A stretch of 29,546 nt of DNA, from positions 1 to 29,546 of the IMG/VR virus record IMGVR_UViG_3300043633_000017; one strand, 5' to 3'. Of the stretch, positions 23,741 through 29,546 are shown one piece after another. The notes under the pieces were generated by a model. That model was not told the DNA's origin. It ran no database searches and was given only the letters and a program-made list of their open reading frames with translations. The DNA is from a virus. Lineage: Duplodnaviria > Caudoviricetes. Position 1 is the first letter of the stretch, and the number at the start of each line of letters is the position of its first letter. A program made the translations under genes and the position numbers.

Positions 23741-25452
23741 GTCTCCGAATCCGCCATCTCGTAGTGGACCGCGCAGTTGCTGATCGTCGCCGCTGCGGTG
23801 TCATTGTTGTAGAAGCGCAGCGAGAAGTGGGAGTCGTAGCCCTGCAACTCGCCAGCGCCGACGTTCCAGGTAGGCTTGGTCAAAGTGCCCAGCACCTCCT
23901 CGGCATCGGGGTTGTCGAAGTCGAAGGAGACACGCGCCTCCCAGGTGCCGGACACGGTGGCGTCGAGCGCCGCGAACTGCTTTTTATGACCTGGCTTCTT
24001 GCCGTCGAGGTACGGCATCCTCACCTCGACGCCGCAATTGCCGAAGGTCAGGCCGTCACTGCCGCCGTAGACGAAAATCCTGTCGTCGCTGGTGCGGAAG
24101 AAAATCTTGCCGCCGCAGGTTACCGCGTACTGCACGGTGGCTGTGCCGATCTCCGGGATGGTGAACGTGCTCCACGCCGTGATCTTGGGGCCTGGGAAGT
24201 ACGACAGCACCAGTATCTGGTCGGGAAACACCATCCAGAAGCGGCCGACGCTCGGCTCCAGCAGGGCGATGGCCTTGTCCATGTAGGACTGGCCCTTGCC
24301 GAGAAGCATCGCCTGCACGGTCGGGTCGACGGGAGACCCGATGTCGGACACGGCGGCGGAGTTCGAGCTGTCCTTGGCCTTCAATGACCGGATGCCGGAC
24401 TGGTCGAGGTAGAGCACGTCGCCGGAGCCGTACTGGAGCGGCGATCGTGGCGAAAAGGTGCCAGCGGCACGCAGCAATTGGGTGAAGGCGTTCTGCGCCG
24501 GGTCGGGGTCGACTGCCCAAATCTGCACCGCCTCGGAGGAGAAGATGGCGAGCTTGTCGTAGTAGACTTCAAGGCTTGTCAGCTGCTCGGAATCGGCGTC
24601 CTGCAACGAGATGTTGATGTAACCGCGCCCTGCCGTCGGCTGGTCGTCGATCCTGACGCCCGTGGTCTGCGCCGCCGCAGCGCCGGAGCAGTCGACATCG
24701 TCGAGGATGAAGGTGTTGGCGGGTGTTCCGACGGCGGAAATGGTGTGCAGGCCGTTGGCGGCGCTGTGGGTGTCGTCGGCTCCCGACACCACGACGCGCT
24801 TGCCGTTGCTGAACTTGGTGATGTCGGCAGCGCCGACGGTGACGCGGGCAGGGCTGGTGTTGGACAGCGACGTCACCACGACCGAGTTGACGACGGTCGC
24901 GGCGTTCCAGATGAAGGGGTTGCCGACGGCGCTGAAAAACAAATTCTTGCCCAGCACCGCGTACATCTTCGACTGGTAGGTGCGGACGTAGTAGCCCTTG
25001 CCAGCGCCCTCGGTGAGCAGCATGCCGGTGCCGGTCGTCGACGGGTCCCAGTAGTGCGGGTTCTCCGCCGTGGTCGGGGCCGATGGCAGCGTCCCGGAGC
25101 CGGTGCGGCAGGCCAGGTAGACCTTGCCGTCGAAGGTGTCGTAGTCCATCTGCGTCAACGTCGCGTCTGCGTTGGGTACTTTCAGCCCTTTCAGCGTGAC
25201 GCCCGGCACCGGCCATGACGGCAGTGACGGGTCGATGTTCTTCCCGAACACGAACAGATTGGCCTCGGTCGAGGCCAGCCCGAAGGTGTTGGGGACCGAC
25301 GCCACCTGCACGAAGGCGCGGCGCTTGGCGATCTCGCCGCCGGGGGTGATCGAGGCATTGACGAGGCGGGTGAGGGTTCCGGCTGGCGAGGTCAGCGGGG
25401 ACTTGCGGGTGTCCAGCCCGGCGGCGAAGTTGTCGACAATTTGATAAGTCAC
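23737..25452 (-). CDS. Tail nozzle / tubular protein B-like protein
   Basis: 571 aa, beta-rich; N-terminal DNFAAGLD...N.....GEIAKR; follows the adaptor. Confidence 0.75.
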   Translation of the reverse strand: MTYQIVDNFAAGLDTRKSPLTSPAGTLTRLVNASITPGGEIAKRRAFVQVASVPNTFGLASTEANLFVFGKNIDPSLPSWPVPGVTLKGLKVPNADATLTQMDYDTFDGKVYLACRTGSGTLPSAPTTAENPHYWDPSTTGTGMLLTEGAGKGYYVRTYQSKMYAVLGKNLFFSAVGNPFIWNAATVVNSVVVTSLSNTSPARVTVGAADITKFSNGKRVVVSGADDTHSAANGLHTISAVGTPANTFILDDVDCSGAAAAQTTGVRIDDQPTAGRGYINISLQDADSEQLTSLEVYYDKLAIFSSEAVQIWAVDPDPAQNAFTQLLRAAGTFSPRSPLQYGSGDVLYLDQSGIRSLKAKDSSNSAAVSDIGSPVDPTVQAMLLGKGQSYMDKAIALLEPSVGRFWMVFPDQILVLSYFPGPKITAWSTFTIPEIGTATVQYAVTCGGKIFFRTSDDRIFVYGGSDGLTFGNCGVEVRMPYLDGKKPGHKKQFAALDATVSGTWEARVSFDFDNPDAEEVLGTLTKPTWNVGAGELQGYDSHFSLRFYNNDTAAATISNCAVHYEMADSET

Positions 25453-26157
25453 CTAGCCCGGACCATTGATCAGGTTGACGTTGACGCGGTGAAGCCCGAC
25501 CGGGGTGCCGCCGCCCAGCGTCGAGATTTTGTTCTTGGCGTTGATCTTGTTGCCCAGCACCTTGGTGATGTGTCTCTGGGCCTTCTGCATCTTGGTGGCG
25601 GCGTCCTCGGCCTTGGCCCGCGCCAAGAGGTCGGCCGCCGTGAACAGGATGATGGCGGTGGCGTCGAGGGTGCAGAGGTCGCTGTCGGCGATGAACGGTG
25701 CCAGCTGCTGCATCCCCTTGAAGCGGATATTGCCGCCGGGGGCATCCGGCGTCGGCCACACGCGGAAGCCGTTCGGCCCCTCCACGTCCCACGCCTGTAT
25801 CGGGTCCGAACGCGAGGTGTTGTTCCCCGACGGGTCGATCATGTCCTCGTCGATGCCGTAGGCCAGCGGCACCCAGTTGGTGGAATCCGCGGTCGACGCC
25901 CATGTCTCGCGGATCATGTCGTAGGTCATGGCGACGGGGGTGCTGGGGAAGGTGTAGAGATACTGCCCGGCCGCCATGGCGACGTTGGCGCGGACCATCA
26001 GGTCGGGCCACACGAACGCCGTCCACAGCTCCTCCTGAGTGCGCGCCAGCAAATATTTCAGCGTGTCATACTGGTTGACCCCCTGCGCCACCGACAGCGC
26101 ATGGCCCGCCTCGGCGCGCAGGTTCTTGACCATGACCGACAGCTGCTGCGTACGCAT
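25453..26157 (-). CDS. Head-tail adaptor / tubular protein A-like protein
   Basis: QEELW...WPDL, GQYLY, FRVWPTPD; position in the operon. Confidence 0.75.
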   Translation of the reverse strand: MRTQQLSVMVKNLRAEAGHALSVAQGVNQYDTLKYLLARTQEELWTAFVWPDLMVRANVAMAAGQYLYTFPSTPVAMTYDMIRETWASTADSTNWVPLAYGIDEDMIDPSGNNTSRSDPIQAWDVEGPNGFRVWPTPDAPGGNIRFKGMQQLAPFIADSDLCTLDATAIILFTAADLLARAKAEDAATKMQKAQRHITKVLGNKINAKNKISTLGGGTPVGLHRVNVNLINGPG

Positions 26158-26158
26158 G

Positions 26159-26551
26159 TCAGGCTCGCTTCTTCAACGGGACCTTCGGCTCGTCCTCATC
26201 GAACGGAACGCTCTCGTCGGCCTCGGTGATCTCGTATTCCCTGGTGAGCGGATTGAACCACGAGACACCGCCCCTGACGTGGACGTCGGGGGCATCCATC
26301 TCGGCGGGTGCCGAACGGCCGCCCCAGGCGTGGGCGCAGACCTCGTCGCCGTAGAGCATGGCGAGCCTTTCACGCTCGATGCGGCCCGGCTGGGTGACCC
26401 TGGCGAAGGGCTGGACCTCGGTGATGCTCTGGCCGCCGTGCAGCAGGCGCAGGATTTCGATCTCCGGCCACGACACCGGGTCGTTCTCGGTGCGGACGAC
26501 GACGTTCCTGTCGTCTCCGCCCAGCGCAATATTGGCTTTGCAGAAGTGCAT
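26159..26551 (-). CDS. Hypothetical virion-associated protein
   Basis: GGAG RBS before ATG at 26551 (MHFCKANIALGG); the frame stays open upstream to 26608. Confidence 0.7.
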   Translation of the reverse strand: MHFCKANIALGGDDRNVVVRTENDPVSWPEIEILRLLHGGQSITEVQPFARVTQPGRIERERLAMLYGDEVCAHAWGGRSAPAEMDAPDVHVRGGVSWFNPLTREYEITEADESVPFDEDEPKVPLKKRA

Positions 26552-26575
26552 GGTGTCTCCCTGTGCGTTGCGGGA

Positions 26576-26602
26576 AGGGGGGTTAAGCACTTTAACCCCC
26601 CT
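26576..26602 (-). terminator. Strong hairpin after the capsid gene (terminator, stabiliser or recoding element)
   Basis: AGGGGGGTTAA-AGTGC-TTAACCCCCCT, perfect 11-bp stem; U-tract weak. Confidence 0.55.
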
Positions 26603-26608
26603 CCTCAT

Positions 26609-27724
26609 TCATGCGATGTCGATCACGAGGGACGAGTTGAACTGCTTGCCGATAAGCTGGCAAGTAGAAGTGATCGACCTGTACATGATGAACTTGTCCG
26701 CCGGACGTGCTGGAGTGTGCTTGTGCATCCACTCGTCTTCCATGCACATCAGGTAGATTTTCTTCGAGTCGAACCAGTAGGCTCGCTTCGACAGTCCGAG
26801 ATCGTCGAGGGTCGGATCGTACTGCACCGACGTCCCGCCGAAGCTCATGTCGCCCATGGAACCGTCCTGCGTGTTCTTGAAGCCGGTCATGGAGTAGTTG
26901 CCGTTGGCCCTGATCTCGGTCTCCATGGCACCGATGAAGGCGCTTCCGGCGATCAGCGTGTCAGGCTCGCTGCCGTATTTCGCCAGCATCCGACGCTCGG
27001 ACTGCAAGACTTGCAGGAGAGCGCCACCATTGGCGATGTTCGAGGTGATGGGGCCACCGCCCCACGCGGCCAGCGCCGGGGTGCCGGTAACCTTGGCCCC
27101 CATTGCCGCCGTGTAGGCGCGGTTGCGCCACCACTCGTTGCCTGCCGTGGCGCGGTTGATGCCGCCGACGATGCCGACCGTTGGGTCATCGGCAATCAGC
27201 AGCTTCAGCCCTGCCAGGGCCTTGGCGTCGGCGACACCGTCGCCGTAGAGCAGGAGATTCATCTTGCGGGCGTACTGCTCGCCGAGATCGAACAGCTTGT
27301 CCTCAAGCAGCCCCACCAGCACATGCATCTCGCGACGGCTGTGCTCGGAAGTGCGCTCACCGTTGGAGCCGGGATCGACGACGGAGATGCCGTCGATCTT
27401 CAGCTCGGTATGGGTGAAGGACAAGCCGATGTGATGCTCGCGCCACGGGTAGTTCGCGCGCTTGATGTTGGCGGGATTGTAGAAGACGACCTGATCGTCA
27501 TGGGTGTAGCCCTTGACGCCGTCATTGACGCCAGCGGCACCGAAAGCGCCCGACACCGCAACCGAGATGTCGGACTTGCCGCCCGGAAAAAACTTCTTCC
27601 GCGCGACCATCTTGTCGAATAGCGGTCGCTTCTGGAGGGTCTGCCTCCACACGTCGCCCTTGTCGAGATAGAAATCCAACGCCGCGTTGGCGATGTTGGT
27701 CAGTTCACCAGCCGTGAAGGCCAT
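26609..27724 (-). CDS. Major capsid protein
   Basis: 371 aa; follows portal and scaffold; LLYGDG...LAGL...GGINR...WWRN pattern. Confidence 0.88.
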   Translation of the reverse strand: MAFTAGELTNIANAALDFYLDKGDVWRQTLQKRPLFDKMVARKKFFPGGKSDISVAVSGAFGAAGVNDGVKGYTHDDQVVFYNPANIKRANYPWREHHIGLSFTHTELKIDGISVVDPGSNGERTSEHSRREMHVLVGLLEDKLFDLGEQYARKMNLLLYGDGVADAKALAGLKLLIADDPTVGIVGGINRATAGNEWWRNRAYTAAMGAKVTGTPALAAWGGGPITSNIANGGALLQVLQSERRMLAKYGSEPDTLIAGSAFIGAMETEIRANGNYSMTGFKNTQDGSMGDMSFGGTSVQYDPTLDDLGLSKRAYWFDSKKIYLMCMEDEWMHKHTPARPADKFIMYRSITSTCQLIGKQFNSSLVIDIA

Positions 27725-27742
27725 GGGGGTAATCCCTCGGGA

Positions 27743-28813
27743 TTAGCCTCCTGCCCGCCTCGCGTTTTCAAGTCCCTGGAGTGCTGCTTCCATGAGAGAT
27801 TTCGGTGCCGCGCGAGCAGAAGACGTCTGCGTGGCTCCGTTCGGCTGTCTGGGCGTCGCGCCCGGTCTTGGTGCTATGGACCGCATCTGGCGGTTGACTT
27901 CGTCGTAGGCGCTTTTCGTTATCTCTAACGCTTCCTGCACTGTCGAAATCTTGCCGCCGCGCTCGAACAACATGGCCTGGGCCGCCCTCCGAACGGAGGG
28001 TGCTTTCGCCTTGTAATCCGGGTCATTGGCAGAGAGACGCATCTCGAAACTGGACACGGCGCGCTGGACGTCGGCCTGGACGGCACGGACCTGGGAGACC
28101 TGTGTCTCCTGGGTCGTATCGCGGAGTTCGAGCTGCGTACGCTGGTGGTCGAAGCGCTGCCGCGCGAACTCTTTGGCTGCCGTCTCGGTCATCTGACCGG
28201 CACGCACGCGGTCGGACAGGTCCCTGGGGAGAACGACCCCGAGGTATTCCTGCGCCGTCCGCACAAACGGTGCAACCGCCTTGTAGAACGAGGCATAGTC
28301 CCCGGCCCGCAGCATGGCAGCCATCTTCAGCGTGCCAGTCACGTCGTCGGCGGAAAGCTTGTTCTGTATGGCGAACTGCTCAAGCTCGGTGCCGATGCTC
28401 GCAGCGGGACGTAGAGCGGCAACCTCGTTGCGCAATTCCCGGCGTTGCTTCAGCAGCTTGTTGATCTTCTTCTTGACGAGGGGAGCCGCCTCCGGTGGAG
28501 CCGTCTCGTCGTCCTCTGAAGACCCGTCGTCCTGTTCCTCTGGTGTCTCTGCCTGCTCGGATTGGTCAGGCGTCTTGTCCTGGGGAGCGGACGTATCCTT
28601 GGAGTCGTCCAGCGCGTCGCGCTCGTTCGTGGCCGGAACCACCTTGAGGACAGCGTCGAGCAGGCTTTCCTTGGATTGATCCCCTTGTGGGGTAGACGAC
28701 GTCGTCGGCTCGGACGACGGAGAAGATTCGGGGGCTGGGGACGGCGACGGGGAAGAGTCGGGAACGGCGGACGTGGTGTCCGCAACGGCTGTCCCGTTTC
28801 CTTCTTCGGCCAT
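27743..28813 (-). CDS. Capsid scaffolding protein
   Basis: Acidic Ser/Pro-rich N-terminus, coiled coil KINKLLKQRRELR, C-terminal SLMEAAL helix; lies between portal and capsid. Confidence 0.7.
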   Translation of the reverse strand: MAEEGNGTAVADTTSAVPDSSPSPSPAPESSPSSEPTTSSTPQGDQSKESLLDAVLKVVPATNERDALDDSKDTSAPQDKTPDQSEQAETPEEQDDGSSEDDETAPPEAAPLVKKKINKLLKQRRELRNEVAALRPAASIGTELEQFAIQNKLSADDVTGTLKMAAMLRAGDYASFYKAVAPFVRTAQEYLGVVLPRDLSDRVRAGQMTETAAKEFARQRFDHQRTQLELRDTTQETQVSQVRAVQADVQRAVSSFEMRLSANDPDYKAKAPSVRRAAQAMLFERGGKISTVQEALEITKSAYDEVNRQMRSIAPRPGATPRQPNGATQTSSARAAPKSLMEAALQGLENARRAGG

Positions 28814-28864
28814 CTCGGAATTTGCCCTGGTTAACGCCTTATAGGCGCAACAAAATGTGCGCGT

Positions 28865-29545
28865 CTACTGCAATCTGGTCGTCGGCATCTGCCCGTTCGG
28901 TGAAGCCTGTGCCGGTGGGGACACCGGGGCCTGCGAGTTGGTCGCGGGTGGAGCTGGCGCGTTAAGACTACCTTGAGGTCCCTGCGCCGCCGGGTCTCCC
29001 TGCCCCGGCAGGCCTGGAATCTTGCCGGAGTTCATCGAGGTGATCGAGGGCAGACCATCGGCGATCGCCTCGTCGACGTCGACCTTGTCGTCCATCCTCT
29101 GGAGTGCCTGCTTGACGAGGAACGTCGGCTTGATGCCCGGCAGCTGCATCAGGATCGGAGCCAGCCTCTCGAAATTTTGAAGTTCCATGGCTTGATTCGG
29201 CCTGCCCGAAGAACCTGCCTGGATTTCCAGATAGATGTCCTTGGCGACCTCCGCCTTGGTCATCACCGGCCACATCGCGCCGGGGCCGACGATCGACTTC
29301 ACGACCTCCTCGGAGACGTTGAGCAGGAGTATCTGCCCGGCGGCGCGGGCGATCGCAGTGAGCGTTTCATCGATGTCGTCGACGGCGGAGCCGGTCGAGC
29401 TGGCTTTAGCGCTGGCAGCAATGGACGTCTCGGTGGCGGTGTCTCCGCTGGTGCCGCCGAGATCGGCCTCCTGGTCGCCCACGGTCCTCTGCAAGTCCTG
29501 GAAGATCGGGTTGACCTCGTAGAGGTTGGGGTCGACCGGCGCTCC
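28865..29545 (-). CDS. Portal protein, C-terminal part (5' end outside the window)
   Basis: Frame open to the window edge; TATETSI, IYLEIQAGSSGRPNQ, Pro/Gln-rich tail. Confidence 0.8.
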   Translation of the reverse strand, partial: GAPVDPNLYEVNPIFQDLQRTVGDQEADLGGTSGDTATETSIAASAKASSTGSAVDDIDETLTAIARAAGQILLLNVSEEVVKSIVGPGAMWPVMTKAEVAKDIYLEIQAGSSGRPNQAMELQNFERLAPILMQLPGIKPTFLVKQALQRMDDKVDVDEAIADGLPSITSMNSGKIPGLPGQGDPAAQGPQGSLNAPAPPATNSQAPVSPPAQASPNGQMPTTRLQ

Positions 29546-29546
29546 C

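Noticed and set aside
26583-26595. TTAA-N5-TTAA as a CtrA box
   Set aside because: CtrA needs N7 spacing; better explained as part of the hairpin stem
1-29546. tRNA, rRNA, integrase, terminase, tail fibre, reverse transcriptase/DGR
   Set aside because: None recognised in this window; they may lie outside it

Overview
High-GC fragment of a short-tailed (podovirus-like) dsDNA phage or prophage; an alphaproteobacterial host is inferred, not shown. It has three blocks. (1) A leftward replication arm (1-5899): RepB-type primase/PriCT-2/AAA helicase fusion truncated at the window edge, family A DNA polymerase, hypotheticals and an MT-A70 methyltransferase. (2) A rightward block (6038-14226): Cro-like HTH, RuvC-like resolvase, XRE HTH, SNF2 helicase, DUF2800 nuclease, DUF2815 SSB, DUF3085 and a C5-methyltransferase-like gene. 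(3) A leftward virion operon (14246-29546): portal C-terminus, scaffold, major capsid, adaptor, nozzle, two GNAT-like proteins, internal/ejection proteins and two peptidoglycan hydrolases. The most notable unexplained structure is a 29-bp AT-rich motif in three ungapped direct copies (5941, 10161, 14227) that bracket and bisect the rightward block. Other highlights: a probably leaderless MT-A70 gene facing a Cro-like gene across a divergent promoter pair; two unrelated cell-wall hydrolases sharing C-terminal motifs; and a capsid UGA followed in frame by the next ORF with a strong hairpin 7 nt downstream. All family calls come from motif recognition by eye, not from database searches.
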